Positions 1 to 10,897 of a stretch of DNA of 61,477 nt are shown here, one piece after another. A model generated the notes under the pieces. It had not been told where the DNA came from and searched no databases. It saw only the letters and a program-made list of their open reading frames with translations. Origin of the DNA: Gammaproteobacteria bacterium (GTDB lineage: Bacteria; Pseudomonadota; Gammaproteobacteria; SZUA-229); contig JBFHVQ010000006.1 in the NCBI GenBank assembly GCA_041589455.1, forward strand, positions 1 to 61,477, read 5' to 3'. The position numbers and the translations under genes are program-made. Position 1 is the first letter of the stretch; each line of letters starts with the position of its first letter.

Positions 1-194
1 AAGTGTGCAACACCAACGACCTTGCGGTCGGCCTTCGGCATATGCGTTAGCTTGGGGCAGCGGATGACCTCCTGCACCTTGAAAACATTAATGCCGTAGC
101 GTTGTTTTCCTTCTAGCCTGAAAAGTAAAAGTTCGAGCCGGTTATGACCCGCTAATTGGGTGCGACTATCTACACTGTCTAAAACACCTGCCAT
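1..194 (-). CDS. cheV: Chemotaxis protein CheV, 5' part (runs off window)
   Basis: Manual translation from ATG 194: MAGVLDSVDSRTQLAGHNRLELLLFRLEGKQRYGINVFKVQEV, a typical CheV N-terminus. GGGAG RBS upstream; divergent from the flgA unit. Confidence 0.9.
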   Translation of the reverse strand, partial: MAGVLDSVDSRTQLAGHNRLELLLFRLEGKQRYGINVFKVQEVIRCPKLTHMPKADRKVVGVAH

Positions 195-437
195 TTAAGA
201 CTCCCAATCTGCTCTTATCAATTGATAATAATTATTTCGCTATACTAACACGCAGTCTATTTTATCACTGGAATTAGAGTTTTTCTTCTATACTCAAAGA
301 CATCCAGAAATATTTTCACTCTGAATATGTATTTTGCTTAGTAAATATACTAGTCTATATACAATGATTCGCTAGTAATTTTTACATGTGAACGTAATAT
401 ACTAAAAATAGAATAACCCATAAGACAGGGATAATAT

Positions 438-1787
438 ATGCCCAGCCCATTTATATTGACAAAACGTGCACTACCCATACTGGAAGCCGCACTACAAGCT
501 GACTTAAAACAATTTAACGAACTTAATAAATCCAGTAGTGTTACGTCGAATGCTCTGCAAAGCATTACCTCTATCATCGATCAGCACAATCAGATACTGA
601 AAAAGGTTGCTGCCGCCGGAGTTGACTCACTTTCTGAAAATTTCGAAATTCTAAGCAAGAACCATTTGCTCGCGAAAGAGGCCTCTGTTATCAGTGACGC
701 TATTGCCAGTGTTGCCACTGCCACAGAAGAAATGGCCGCCTCTGCATCTGAAATATCTCAGTCGGCAAGTGCTACTGCTAACCGAGCCAATGAAAGCTAT
801 GAGAAGACCGAATCTGGGAATCAGGCAATATCCTCAATGATGGGCGACATGGACGCGCTAGAAGGTGCTTTAACCTCAATGTTTAATGAAGTTCAGCGTT
901 TTGCTGGTTTCACTGAAGAAATCAATAATCTCACGGCTATCGTACGTGATATTGCAAACCAGACTAACCTACTAGCACTTAATGCAGCTATTGAAGCAGC
1001 ACGAGCTGGTGAAGCAGGCCGTGGTTTTGCCGTAGTGGCCGATGAAGTTAAACAACTGGCCTCCAAAACAGAAAAAGCAACTGTCGAAATTGAAACTGTC
1101 ACCACCACCATGAATAATCTGATGGAGGAAGTAGGTAGTTCAATGACAGCCAGTAAGGAGAGCCTGGGGACCAGTCTGGACAGCCTTGAAACCGTTGCGA
1201 TTGCCTTAGGCGATGTTACTGCCGTGGTAAATGATGTCACCTCACAGGTGCAAACGATCTCTACTTCAGCCAATGAACAGCAAAGTGTTTCCGCAGAAAT
1301 GGCCTCGAAGCTAAACGAGATAACCCTGTCGGTTCAACATGAAAATCAGCATGTTTACGACATGATGGCACATGCACTAAAGCTAAATACCAATGTATTA
1401 GCTCAATTTGAGCACTTATCGACCTTTAATCAGGATCAGATTTTGCTGCAGACCGTAAAGGCTGATCACATTACCTGGAGAACCAAACTTACGACAATGG
1501 TAATGACCGGTGAGCTGATTCCGGAACAAGAGCTGGTTGACCACACCCAATGTCGTCTTGGCCAATGGTACTACAGCAAAGGTCAGGCACTATTTGGCCA
1601 AAGTGATGCCTTCCGCCAGATGGAAGCACCTCACGCAAGAATCCACGATGTTGGCAGAGAAGTTGCTTCTCTAGTATCTCAAGGACAAACAGCTGCTGCG
1701 AGTCAAAAAATTGTCGAAATCGAACAATACAGTCAGCAGCTATTTGATTTAATCGACCAATTATCAAGTGAGGCTGACTCATCGTGA
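438..1787 (+). CDS. Cytoplasmic methyl-accepting chemoreceptor with C-terminal CZB zinc-binding domain
   Basis: MCP signalling tip [30 protein letters not shown]. No TM segment. CZB ligands [15 protein letters not shown] and EAPHARIH. Confidence 0.9.
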   Translation: MPSPFILTKRALPILEAALQADLKQFNELNKSSSVTSNALQSITSIIDQHNQILKKVAAAGVDSLSENFEILSKNHLLAKEASVISDAIASVATATEEMAASASEISQSASATANRANESYEKTESGNQAISSMMGDMDALEGALTSMFNEVQRFAGFTEEINNLTAIVRDIANQTNLLALNAAIEAARAGEAGRGFAVVADEVKQLASKTEKATVEIETVTTTMNNLMEEVGSSMTASKESLGTSLDSLETVAIALGDVTAVVNDVTSQVQTISTSANEQQSVSAEMASKLNEITLSVQHENQHVYDMMAHALKLNTNVLAQFEHLSTFNQDQILLQTVKADHITWRTKLTTMVMTGELIPEQELVDHTQCRLGQWYYSKGQALFGQSDAFRQMEAPHARIHDVGREVASLVSQGQTAAASQKIVEIEQYSQQLFDLIDQLSSEADSS

Positions 1788-2515
1788 CCAGAATGACTGC
1801 AATATGCTGCTCTAGAGGCCTTATAGCCCTGATGACAACCCTGGCCTTTCTAGGCAGCATTACTTCAGCAGTCGCCAGTACGAGCTACCACCCTCATAGT
1901 GACATCATCAAACAGGCAAAGATTTTTATTGAGAAAAATATTAACCACAGCCAGTTCACAAAAGTAGAAATCAACATGGGTCAGCTTGATCACAGGCTGA
2001 ACCTCAATAAGTGCACACACCCTCTTCAGACTAATCTCTCACCTGGAAGCCAGTTGAGTGGCAAGAGCACCATTCTCGTAAAATGCAGCAGTCAAAAGCC
2101 TTGGACGGTGTATATCGGCGCCCAGATTAAACTCTACAAAGAAGCTATAGCAACCGTCAGACCGCTAGATCGTGGACATATCCTGACAGCACAGGACCTA
2201 ACCCCACTCGAAACCGAGATCACCAGCCTGAATCAGGGCTATTACAACGATAAGTCTTCTCTAATTGGGCAACAACTTAAGCGGAGATTACCCCAGAAGC
2301 GTATTATAAAAGCCAATTACATTACCCCGCCCACCATGGTTAAAAGAGGCGAACTTGTCACGATCATTGCCGAAAACACTGGATTTTCTGTAAAAATGAA
2401 CGGTAAAGCGCTTGCCAATGGAACAAAAGGCGACCGCATCAGAGTCAAAAACTTATCCTCAAAACGAGTCATTGAAGGTACTGTCATGACTCACGGCGTG
2501 GTCAATATCCACTAA
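1784..2515 (+). CDS. flgA: Flagellar P-ring formation chaperone FlgA
   Basis: Signal peptide; C-terminal VKRGELVTI...[26 protein letters not shown]; upstream of flgM and flgN. Exact start uncertain. Confidence 0.92.
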   Translation: MTRMTAICCSRGLIALMTTLAFLGSITSAVASTSYHPHSDIIKQAKIFIEKNINHSQFTKVEINMGQLDHRLNLNKCTHPLQTNLSPGSQLSGKSTILVKCSSQKPWTVYIGAQIKLYKEAIATVRPLDRGHILTAQDLTPLETEITSLNQGYYNDKSSLIGQQLKRRLPQKRIIKANYITPPTMVKRGELVTIIAENTGFSVKMNGKALANGTKGDRIRVKNLSSKRVIEGTVMTHGVVNIH

Positions 2516-2524
2516 ATTAAATAT

Positions 2525-2551
2525 TAAAGTTATGTATATAGTGGCCGATAT
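2525..2551 (+). promoter_or_regulatory. Sigma-28 (FliA) promoter of flgM
   Basis: TAAA(2525-28)-N15-GCCGATAT(2544-51), against consensus TAAA-N15-GCCGATAA, directly upstream of flgM. Confidence 0.85.
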
Positions 2552-2599
2552 AGACTGTGAGAGAGTAAATTGTATGCCACGAATGACCGGGAGATCATG

Positions 2600-2908
2600 A
2601 TGACTAGCCCAATCAACCCATTTAACCGAAGCACTGCTGCAAATGTCGGCAATTCTGCAGTTAAAGCAAACGAAAAACAGCAAGCCCCTGCTGCAAAAAG
2701 CAATAGCAGCCCGGCCAATGATACTGTCAGCCTTTCTGATAGCTCACAACAGGTTATTAGTCTGCAACAGCAACTTAAAAACGCACCTGAAGTCGACAGC
2801 GCAAAGGTAGAAGCCATTAAACAGGAAATTGCCAACGGCAACTATCCACTTGATGCTGAGAAAATCGCAGAGAACATGATCAACCTGGAAAAATCTCTGC
2901 TCGAATAA
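2600..2908 (+). CDS. flgM: Anti-sigma-28 factor FlgM
   Basis: DTVSLS...PEVDSAKVEAIKQEIANGNYPLDAEKIAENM. GGAG at 2590-93 favours ATG 2600 (or 2597) over the track's TTG 2570. Confidence 0.92.
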   Translation: MTSPINPFNRSTAANVGNSAVKANEKQQAPAAKSNSSPANDTVSLSDSSQQVISLQQQLKNAPEVDSAKVEAIKQEIANGNYPLDAEKIAENMINLEKSLLE

Positions 2909-2926
2909 TATCCACTGGAAAACATC

Positions 2927-3370
2927 ATGACCCAACTACTCTCTCTCCTTGATGACATTAAAGAATCTAGCCAGCAATTGCTGGATTGTCTGACTGCTGA
3001 AAAAAAAGCGTTGGATGACCGGGACTATGAAGAGCTCATTCCCCTAACTCAAACCAAACAACAGCTATTAAACAAACTTGAAGAGCTGGAACTACAACGC
3101 AAAGTTATTACCCCTGAACAAGGCATTAGTGAGTATCTCACGACAAACAACAATCCGAGTTTAATGTCACAGTGGAACAATACTCGTAACCTGATTGCCC
3201 AATGCCAGCAACAAAATGAAATCAACGGTCGTTTACTCAATCGCCAAAGCAAGCTTTGTAATGAAACAATTGCTCTGATGACTGGAAAGCCACTCGATTC
3301 ACATCAAGTTTATGCCGCAGATGGTAGCCAGACTAAAAACACTCAGTTACTGAATAATATAGAAGTCTAA
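2927..3370 (+). CDS. flgN: Flagellar export chaperone FlgN
   Basis: Helical 147 aa protein with CQQQNEINGRLL and C-terminal YAADG; follows flgM. Confidence 0.88.
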   Translation: MTQLLSLLDDIKESSQQLLDCLTAEKKALDDRDYEELIPLTQTKQQLLNKLEELELQRKVITPEQGISEYLTTNNNPSLMSQWNNTRNLIAQCQQQNEINGRLLNRQSKLCNETIALMTGKPLDSHQVYAADGSQTKNTQLLNNIEV

Positions 3371-3406
3371 TTACTGGAAAAGTCAGAAGCTATAATCAGT
3401 TCTGTT

Positions 3407-4111
3407 TTAACGAAATAGATCACGACTCTTTAACGTTTTACCTGCTAGATAATAATTCAAGACTTGCCGCATCAAACGTTTTGCATCCCTCAATGACTCT
3501 ATCGTTTCCAGCGTATTATTTTGTAGATCCAGTAAACTCTTACCTGAAACACGGGCGATATATGCCTCATCTTTAACCTGACTAAACTCTAGCGGGCCAT
3601 GCTCAAGATAGTAGGCATAGTCTCTCTCTGGCAACACTGGCTGTGCTGTATCCGCTGTATGATCCAGTATCAGACCAAAACCAAGCGACTCCAGCAACTG
3701 TTTTTCATACAACCGTAAAACAGGTTCGACAGGATGTGAATCTGCCAATAAAGCTAACACTGATTCATATAGCCCGTAAATCTGTTCATTTACATCGTGA
3801 CGTGGCAGCAAATGCATCAACAGTTCATTAATATAAAATGCACTGGGTAATGCTTTGCCTTTGAGCTTAATAGAAAGTGCCGATTGTGGCTCAGCAGACG
3901 TCAATGTTTGCATTTCGCCTTTACCAGACCAGCTAAGTAATAAGGGCTGAAATGGTTGCAAAACGGCTTTTAAACGTGATTTGGCAGACAAACTTCCCTT
4001 ACTCATTAAGGAAAGCCGTCCGTGATCTCGACTCAGCACTTCAAGGATCTGGCTGGTATCGCGAAACGCGCGATGATGCAAAATGTAAGCGGGTTGTTCC
4101 TGAATTCGCAT
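3407..4111 (-). CDS. recO: DNA repair protein RecO
   Basis: PAYILHHRAFRDTS...LQPFQPL...FYINELL; follows era. Confidence 0.95.
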   Translation of the reverse strand: MRIQEQPAYILHHRAFRDTSQILEVLSRDHGRLSLMSKGSLSAKSRLKAVLQPFQPLLLSWSGKGEMQTLTSAEPQSALSIKLKGKALPSAFYINELLMHLLPRHDVNEQIYGLYESVLALLADSHPVEPVLRLYEKQLLESLGFGLILDHTADTAQPVLPERDYAYYLEHGPLEFSQVKDEAYIARVSGKSLLDLQNNTLETIESLRDAKRLMRQVLNYYLAGKTLKSRDLFR

Positions 4112-4144
4112 ATAACTCTTTGCTGCGTCTGATACTACGCTGTG

Positions 4145-5044
4145 TTAATCACTGTCATAACCAAGGCTTCTCAATGAGGTTTCGTTATCAGACCAGCCAG
4201 CCTTCACTTTTACCCAGAGCTGTAGAAACACTTTTCGATCAATCAGGTTTTCAATATCGTGTCGAGCTTTCGAGCCGATACTTTTCAATCTAGCACCCTT
4301 ATCACCAATCACAATTTTTTTCTGCCCTTTGGTTTCAACAAGTATAAGGGCATTAATGCGCGTTATTTTTTCTTCATCCTTATAACGTTCAATTTCAACC
4401 GTGGTTTGATAAGGCAGCTCCTTACCCAACTCGCGAATTAGCTTTTCCCGTATGATTTCGGCAACCAGGAAACGTGTACTACGATCTGTGTATTGATCTT
4501 CCTGAAAGTGAGGTGGATTTTCAGGCAACAGACCAAGAATCTGCTTTTCAAGATCTTCAAGATTATCGCCACGCTTTGCAGAGATAGGAATAATATTCTG
4601 GAACTCAAACTTTTGTGTCACTTCCTGAAGAAACGGCAACAGTTGATTTTTATCTTCGACCTTATCGACCTTATTAACCAGCAATATTACTGGTGCTTCA
4701 ACATTCTTTAGCTTTTTAAGTACTAGCGTGTCTTCTTCTGTCCATTTCAGTGCCTGCACTAAAAATAAGATAACATCTACATCGTGAATCACCGAACTAG
4801 CTGCTCGGTTCATATATCGATTAATCGCACGCTTGTTCTCAACATGGATACCCGGAGTATCAACAAAGATAATTTGTCCATCATCATGTGTTTTAACACC
4901 CAGAATCTGATGGCGAGTTGTTTGTGGTTTACGCGACGTTATACTGAGTTTTAAACCAAGCACATGATTTAGCAATGTCGATTTACCAACATTTGGTCGC
5001 CCAATAATAGCAACATAGCCACATTTAAATGCTGTATCTGACAT
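4145..5044 (-). CDS. era: GTPase Era
   Basis: [16 protein letters not shown] and a KH domain. Confidence 0.97.
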   Translation of the reverse strand: MSDTAFKCGYVAIIGRPNVGKSTLLNHVLGLKLSITSRKPQTTRHQILGVKTHDDGQIIFVDTPGIHVENKRAINRYMNRAASSVIHDVDVILFLVQALKWTEEDTLVLKKLKNVEAPVILLVNKVDKVEDKNQLLPFLQEVTQKFEFQNIIPISAKRGDNLEDLEKQILGLLPENPPHFQEDQYTDRSTRFLVAEIIREKLIRELGKELPYQTTVEIERYKDEEKITRINALILVETKGQKKIVIGDKGARLKSIGSKARHDIENLIDRKVFLQLWVKVKAGWSDNETSLRSLGYDSD

Positions 5045-5748
5045 TATTTAAATTCTTTCTTTAAAAGGTTTTTTTCTACCAGCTGAATCGCCTTTTCCGC
5101 CGCTAACTGTTCTGCTTTACGGCGGCTTGTCGAGACACCTTCAGCCGTTAGTGAGAATTCATCGATCGCACAATTGACCCTGAACTGCTGGTTATGCGCC
5201 TGACCAGTAACTTCAGTAACCGTATATGTAGGTAAATTTAGCTTTCTTGATTGAAGCAGTTCCTGCAACCGCGTTTTGGGATCTTTGAGTGAGTTTGCAT
5301 CTGGCACATGTTCAAGCTGCTCATGATATAGAGCCAAAATCAGTTTTCGACATTCCTCAAAATTGCTATCGAGATAGGCTGCACCAAATATTGCTTCTAC
5401 TGTATCCGCTAGAATAGAATTTCGACGATAGCCACCACTTTTTAACTCTCCACTCCCCAGTATAAGAAAGTCACCTAGCTGCAATTCCGAAGCCACTTTA
5501 TATAAACCATCTTTATTCACCAGACTTGCCCTGAGTCGACTCAGGTCTCCTTCAGGTGAATCTGGAAAACGCGTGAACAATTCAGCTGCAATGACAAAAT
5601 TTAAAATACTGTCACCAAGAAACTCAAGACGCTCATTATTCTGTGCACTAGCACTACGATGTGTCAACGCCTCGCGCAGAAGGTCCTGTTTTGAAAAGCG
5701 ATAGTTAAGGCGTTTTTCAAGCTTGGCTAAATCTGGGCCTCTTGGCAT
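5044..5748 (-). CDS. rnc: Ribonuclease III
   Basis: [10 protein letters not shown]; ds[11 protein letters not shown]. Confidence 0.97.
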   Translation of the reverse strand: MPRGPDLAKLEKRLNYRFSKQDLLREALTHRSASAQNNERLEFLGDSILNFVIAAELFTRFPDSPEGDLSRLRASLVNKDGLYKVASELQLGDFLILGSGELKSGGYRRNSILADTVEAIFGAAYLDSNFEECRKLILALYHEQLEHVPDANSLKDPKTRLQELLQSRKLNLPTYTVTEVTGQAHNQQFRVNCAIDEFSLTAEGVSTSRRKAEQLAAEKAIQLVEKNLLKKEFK

Positions 5749-5749
5749 A

Positions 5750-6124
5750 TTATCTCGTTTTTATCTCAACCTGATGATCGAATTTAGCCGCAAACTCCAG
5801 GTTTTTAAAGATAGGACCTCGCGCCTCATATTTAGCTGTCAGAACATAGCCATCTGACAATTTCTTGTAAGTAAACGCCTCTTTATCTCTTTCCAGATCA
5901 TAAAGACTATTAATATTAAGTCGCTTTTTTAATATTTTCTGAATCTGCTTGGGTGTTTTGCCTTTCATTCCTGAATCAGCAGCCAACTCATTCATCACAG
6001 TAACCAGAGTCTGGTGGTTTGAATAGACCGGTATAATTCTAATTGCCATAATCACCTGTGTTGCGAGCAACCCCAGAATCAAGATCCAGGAAATCATGGT
6101 TAGACCTGCTTGTTTTTTTATCAT
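5750..6124 (-). CDS. DUF4845-like protein with pilin-like N-terminus
   Basis: KKQAGLTMIS followed by a hydrophobic helix; usual position between lepB and rnc. Confidence 0.75.
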   Translation of the reverse strand: MIKKQAGLTMISWILILGLLATQVIMAIRIIPVYSNHQTLVTVMNELAADSGMKGKTPKQIQKILKKRLNINSLYDLERDKEAFTYKKLSDGYVLTAKYEARGPIFKNLEFAAKFDHQVEIKTR

Positions 6125-6133
6125 GCCTTTACC

Positions 6134-6946
6134 CTAGTTTATTGTCTTACCGATACGTTCAAAACCGATACCACCATCCCAGTGCATCCAGATCATAAAC
6201 GCTTTACCTACCAGATACTGCTCTGGCACAACACCCCAGTAACGGCTGTCATTACTATTATCACGATTATCTCCCATCATGAAATAATGACCTTCCGGTA
6301 CAATATATTCAGCATCCAGGCCCGGGCGAGATGGGATGACCAAGACATTATGATTCACTCCCATCAGATCCACTGTTAACTCCTGCGCTGGATTGTGTTC
6401 TCCAGGTCCACTGTACTCTCCTATGCTTCTGGTATTTATTTTCTTACCATTTACATAGAGTACTTTTTTGTAATATGCAATATGGTCACCCGGCACACCC
6501 ACTACGCGCTTGATATAATCAACAGCAGGATCTCTTGGGTATTTAAAAACCGCGACATCACCTCTTTCAGGTTTATCGACTTCAAATAGCACTTTATTAA
6601 AAACCGGCATTTTGACGCCATAAGCGAATTTATTAACCAGAATAAAATCACCAATATATAAACTGGGAATCATTGAACCAGATGGAATTCGAAACGGCTC
6701 AACCAGAAAACCTCTGAGCAGGAAGACGATCAGCAATACCGGAAAAAATGATTTCGAGTATTCAACAATAATTGGCTCTTTACTGCTTTCTCCAGCCGAT
6801 TTTCCATATAAAGACTCGCCACTATATTCGTGAGGATTTTTCAGTTTACGACGTGGTGCCAACACCAGGCTATCTAATAGCCAGATAATGCCGGTAAAAA
6901 TAGTTCCAGCGAAAAGAAAAAATGCAAAGTCATACGTTATATTCAT
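6134..6946 (-). CDS. lepB: Signal peptidase I
   Basis: EPFRIPSGSM, DYIKRVVG, GDNRDNSNDSRYWG. Confidence 0.96.
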   Translation of the reverse strand: MNITYDFAFFLFAGTIFTGIIWLLDSLVLAPRRKLKNPHEYSGESLYGKSAGESSKEPIIVEYSKSFFPVLLIVFLLRGFLVEPFRIPSGSMIPSLYIGDFILVNKFAYGVKMPVFNKVLFEVDKPERGDVAVFKYPRDPAVDYIKRVVGVPGDHIAYYKKVLYVNGKKINTRSIGEYSGPGEHNPAQELTVDLMGVNHNVLVIPSRPGLDAEYIVPEGHYFMMGDNRDNSNDSRYWGVVPEQYLVGKAFMIWMHWDGGIGFERIGKTIN

Positions 6947-6976
6947 AATCGGACCAAATCAGTTCCAGTTTACTCT

Positions 6977-8770
6977 TTAATTATTATCAACTTTAAGCAC
7001 AGATAAGAAGGCATCTTGCGGAATTTCTACTTTACCAAACTGCTTCATTCGCTTCTTACCGGCTTTCTGTTTTTCCAACAGTTTTTTCTTACGACTCACA
7101 TCACCACCGTAGCACTTGGCTGTTACGTTTTTACGTAAGGCTTTAACTGTACTACGCGCAATAATATGACGCCCAATCGCAGCCTGAATGGCAATATCAA
7201 ACATCTGTCGTGGAATTAGCTCACGCATTTTTTCAGCGACTTCACGCCCCCTGCGCTGTGAAACATCTGTATGAGTAATCACTGCCAGTGCATCTACTTT
7301 CTCGCCGTTGATGAGTATATCCACTTTCACCAGCTTAGCCTCCTGGAAATGCTTAAACTCATAATCAAACGAAGCATATCCACGACTCACTGATTTAAGG
7401 CGGTCGAAAAAGTCCAGTACCACCTCAGACATCGGCATATCATAACTCAATGAGACCTGAGCGCCCATATATTGCATATTGGTTTGTACGCCGCGTTTTT
7501 CTACACATAAACTGATGACATTCCCCACATATTCCTGTGGTACCAGAATATTCGCACGAATAATCGGCTCGCGAATTTCTTCAATATAATTCACTTCCGG
7601 CAAATCTGATGGATTATGAATCTGTATTATTTCACCGTCAGTTTTTAAAACTTCATAAACCACCGTTGGTGCAGTTGTAATAAGATTCAGATCATATTCA
7701 CGTTCCAGTCTTTCCTGCACAATTTCCATATGCAACATACCAAGAAAGCCAATTCTAAAGCCAAAACCCAGTGCAGAAGAGGTTTCTGGCTCATATTGCA
7801 ATGCTGAATCATTTAGCGTCAGCTTATCCAGCGCCTCACGAAAATCATCGTAATCATCTGCTTCTACCGGGAACATACCGGCAAAAACTCGTGGCTGAAC
7901 TTCCTTAAAACCGGGCAATGCTTCCTCAGCCGGATTATCTACCAGAGTAATGGTGTCCCCCACTTTGGCCGAATCAATTTCCTTGATACCCGCAATAATG
8001 TAACCAACCTGTCCGGTTTCAAGCACCGGCATATCCTGGCGCTTCGGCGTGAACACACCGACAAAATCGACACCATAGGTGCGTCCCGTCGACATGATTT
8101 TCATTTTATTACCCTTACGAATGCTACCATCCACAATACGCACCAGGGTGACAACACCCACGTAAGAGTCAAACCAGGAATCGACAATCAGCGCTTTTAA
8201 CGGACCATCCGGGTTACCTTCCGGTGCGGGTATTGTTTCTACCAGACGTTCTAGCAACTCATCAATGCCAATGCCTGATTTAGCACTCACCTGACAGGCA
8301 TCAGTGGCTTCTATACCAATGATATCCTCAATTTCCTGGCTAACACGGTCTGCATCCGCTGCTGGCAGGTCAATCTTATTGAGAACCGGCATAACCTCAA
8401 GGCCCAGGTCAATCGCCGTATAGCAATTGGCGACACTCTGTGCTTCTACCCCTTGCGAGGCATCCACCACCAGCAACGCACCTTCACAGGCCTGTAGTGA
8501 ACGGGAAACTTCATAGGAGAAGTCCACGTGCCCCGGTGTGTCGATAAAATTTAACTGATAGATTTCACCATCCTTTGCTTTGTAGTCAAGCGAGACGCTC
8601 TGCGCCTTGATGGTGATACCTCTTTCTCGTTCCAGATCCATGGAATCGAGTACCTGTGCTTCCATTTCACGCTCTGAAAGGCCGCCACATACCTGAATAA
8701 ATCGATCAGCAAGGGTCGATTTACCATGGTCGATATGAGCGATGATGGAAAAATTACGAATATTCTGCAT
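6977..8770 (-). CDS. lepA: Elongation factor 4 (LepA)
   Basis: [21 protein letters not shown]; [18 protein letters not shown]. Confidence 0.98.
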   Translation of the reverse strand: MQNIRNFSIIAHIDHGKSTLADRFIQVCGGLSEREMEAQVLDSMDLERERGITIKAQSVSLDYKAKDGEIYQLNFIDTPGHVDFSYEVSRSLQACEGALLVVDASQGVEAQSVANCYTAIDLGLEVMPVLNKIDLPAADADRVSQEIEDIIGIEATDACQVSAKSGIGIDELLERLVETIPAPEGNPDGPLKALIVDSWFDSYVGVVTLVRIVDGSIRKGNKMKIMSTGRTYGVDFVGVFTPKRQDMPVLETGQVGYIIAGIKEIDSAKVGDTITLVDNPAEEALPGFKEVQPRVFAGMFPVEADDYDDFREALDKLTLNDSALQYEPETSSALGFGFRIGFLGMLHMEIVQERLEREYDLNLITTAPTVVYEVLKTDGEIIQIHNPSDLPEVNYIEEIREPIIRANILVPQEYVGNVISLCVEKRGVQTNMQYMGAQVSLSYDMPMSEVVLDFFDRLKSVSRGYASFDYEFKHFQEAKLVKVDILINGEKVDALAVITHTDVSQRRGREVAEKMRELIPRQMFDIAIQAAIGRHIIARSTVKALRKNVTAKCYGGDVSRKKKLLEKQKAGKKRMKQFGKVEIPQDAFLSVLKVDNN

Positions 8771-8781
8771 GTTGTAAACTA

Positions 8782-9024
8782 TTAGCCCGCATTTGACAGC
8801 ACCTGCAACACGGCGGCCTGGTCAAGAAAGTAATGACAAATCTGTTGCTGACCACAGGTTACCACGGGTACCTGGGTCCCATATTGTTCAATCAGTTGGG
8901 GGCTCGCATCAACATCGATCACTGTAATGCTAAAATCATGCACTTGCTGCAGCTCGTAGAGTTGCTGCAGCAGGTCTTCACAGAGATGACAGCCGTGCCG
9001 TGAATAGACGGTTAAATCAATCAC
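8782..9024 (-). CDS. Glutaredoxin-like protein (DUF836 type)
   Basis: [10 protein letters not shown] CxxC motif and YGTQVPV; between degP and lepA. Confidence 0.8.
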   Translation of the reverse strand: MIDLTVYSRHGCHLCEDLLQQLYELQQVHDFSITVIDVDASPQLIEQYGTQVPVVTCGQQQICHYFLDQAAVLQVLSNAG

Positions 9025-10442
9025 TCGGCGTCAGAAATCTTCATAACAATGAACTGATCTGCCCCCTGGCGATGAACCAGAACCGGAATCATACGTTCTG
9101 TGGGCAAATTGGCAACTTTTTTACGAAAATCTGCGGTATTTTTTATGTTCTGGCGATCTAATTGCAAAATAATGTCCCCCGAGCGTAGCCCTGACTGTGC
9201 AGCAGGGCTACCAGGATAGACTTTTCTCACCAGCACGCCACGACCTAGCGCCTGCCGAGATTCGGCACCCAGTTCTGCCACATCAACACCCAGACGGTTA
9301 ACAGATGAGGGCTCTTTTCGACTCTCCATAACCGGCTGGTCTTCCTGAGGTAGCTCCTCGATAATCACCTTAAGGGTTTTCTTACTGTTGTCCCTCAATA
9401 TATCGACTTCTGCAGGTGACCCCACACTCACCCGACCAACTAAGGGCGGCAGATCGGATGAATCCATAATCGAGACACCATTAAATGCCAAAATAACATC
9501 ACCTGCCTTAATGCCGGCTTTTTCAGCTGGACTATCACTAATAACCTGAGACACCAGTGCCCCAACGGGCTTATCCAGCTCAAAACTCTGCGCCAGCTCA
9601 TGGGTGATTTCCTGAATATAAACCCCTAGCCAGCCACGACTGACTGAGCCTTTGTCTTTGAGTTGGCTAACCACATCCATCGCAACTTCTACAGGTATTG
9701 CAAATGACAGTCCCATAAAGCCACCGGTTCGGCTATAAATCTGTGAATTAATACCAATCACCTTGCCATCCAGGTCAAACAGGGGGCCACCAGAATTACC
9801 CGGATTAATTGCCACATCGGTCTGAATAAATGGCACATAATTAGCTCTTGGCAGGCTGCGCCCTTTGGCGCTTACAATGCCTGCAGTCGCCGAATGCTCA
9901 AAACCAAAGGGCGAACCTATCGCAAGCACCCACTCGCCCACTCTAAGCTGAGAAGAGCTACCAATTTCTACCACCGGCAGCTTTTCACCATCGACTTTAA
10001 GCAGGGCAATATCCGTCGACTCATCACTGCCGATAACACGGGCAATAAATTCACGCTTGTCACTCAGGCGGACAATAATTTCATCGGCGCCATTAACCAC
10101 ATGATGATTGGTTATGATATAGCCGTCTTTGGAAATAATAAAACCGGAACCTAATGAGGTGGCATCCTGGGGTTCACTGGGCACACCCGGTGCGCCGAAA
10201 AAATGCCTGAATAACTCATCAAAAGGGGTGTTCTCAGGAAGTTTCAGGTCATCTTCCAGCTCCTCTTTGAGGCGCCCCCAGGGGTGATGTTTCGAATTCA
10301 TCTTAGTGCGGGTACTGATATTGACCACCGCTTTACCATTTTCTTCAACCAGCTCAGCAAAATCGGGTAATGAGCGCGCCTGTAACTGCAAGCTCATTAT
10401 CAGGAAACTAATTAATATTAATAAACGTGTTTTCAAAAACAT
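9021..10442 (-). CDS. mucD: DegP/DegQ/MucD-family periplasmic serine protease with two PDZ domains
   Basis: GSGF, TNHHV, DIALLK, INPGNSGGPL. Start moved to ATG 10442, which gives a signal peptide and avoids overlap with rseC. Confidence 0.9.
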   Translation of the reverse strand: MFLKTRLLILISFLIMSLQLQARSLPDFAELVEENGKAVVNISTRTKMNSKHHPWGRLKEELEDDLKLPENTPFDELFRHFFGAPGVPSEPQDATSLGSGFIISKDGYIITNHHVVNGADEIIVRLSDKREFIARVIGSDESTDIALLKVDGEKLPVVEIGSSSQLRVGEWVLAIGSPFGFEHSATAGIVSAKGRSLPRANYVPFIQTDVAINPGNSGGPLFDLDGKVIGINSQIYSRTGGFMGLSFAIPVEVAMDVVSQLKDKGSVSRGWLGVYIQEITHELAQSFELDKPVGALVSQVISDSPAEKAGIKAGDVILAFNGVSIMDSSDLPPLVGRVSVGSPAEVDILRDNSKKTLKVIIEELPQEDQPVMESRKEPSSVNRLGVDVAELGAESRQALGRGVLVRKVYPGSPAAQSGLRSGDIILQLDRQNIKNTADFRKKVANLPTERMIPVLVHRQGADQFIVMKISDAE

Positions 10443-10465
10443 AATTTTCTCATTCGTATTTAATG

Positions 10466-10897
10466 TCACGATATTCTTCGAATCAGATGGGGACGAATAC
10501 TTTGTTTTAAAGTTGAAATAGCAAGCAGATAGCGCACCAGCCACATAGAAACCAGTAAGCCCGCTAAAGCTGATAGAATGGTTAACAGCTCATTGGCAAA
10601 CAGCCATTCAGTCAGCAAGCCAAAACCCAACATGAGCAATAGCGGAAATAGATAAACCAGCATTGAGCCCTGTACCAGTGCGTTTTCTTCTATCGCCACC
10701 ACCACTTCATCACCCGGTTTTACCTGCAGGGTATTTTCTACTACAAACTGGGAACTACGTTTGCCGACGACTTTTGACAATGTCGATGTACCACAACCGC
10801 TTTTTACCGAGCAACTCTGACAGGCACTCTTTCGTTGAGTCTGCAGCAGCGCCTGATGCCCTCGGACTTCGACAACAACCGCTGATTCCTCAATCAT
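10466..10897 (-). CDS. rseC: RseC/MucC family protein
   Basis: MIEESAVV...SACQSCSVKSGCG and two C-terminal TM helices. Confidence 0.9.
   Translation of the reverse strand: MIEESAVVVEVRGHQALLQTQRKSACQSCSVKSGCGTSTLSKVVGKRSSQFVVENTLQVKPGDEVVVAIEENALVQGSMLVYLFPLLLMLGFGLLTEWLFANELLTILSALAGLLVSMWLVRYLLAISTLKQSIRPHLIRRIS

Noticed and set aside
215-237. Palindrome TTATCAATTGATAA and Fur-box-like TGATAATAATTATTT upstream of cheV
   Set aside because: Only a partial match in very AT-rich DNA, with no iron-related genes adjacent.
893-1273. Long antisense ORFs inside the MCP gene (and similarly 30714-31205 in guaB and 57836-58330 in rimK)
   Set aside because: Shadow frames of well-conserved genes; no motifs or RBS.
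10443-10544. Extended N-terminus of the DegP ORF in the track
   Set aside because: Overlaps rseC; ATG 10442 gives a proper signal peptide.
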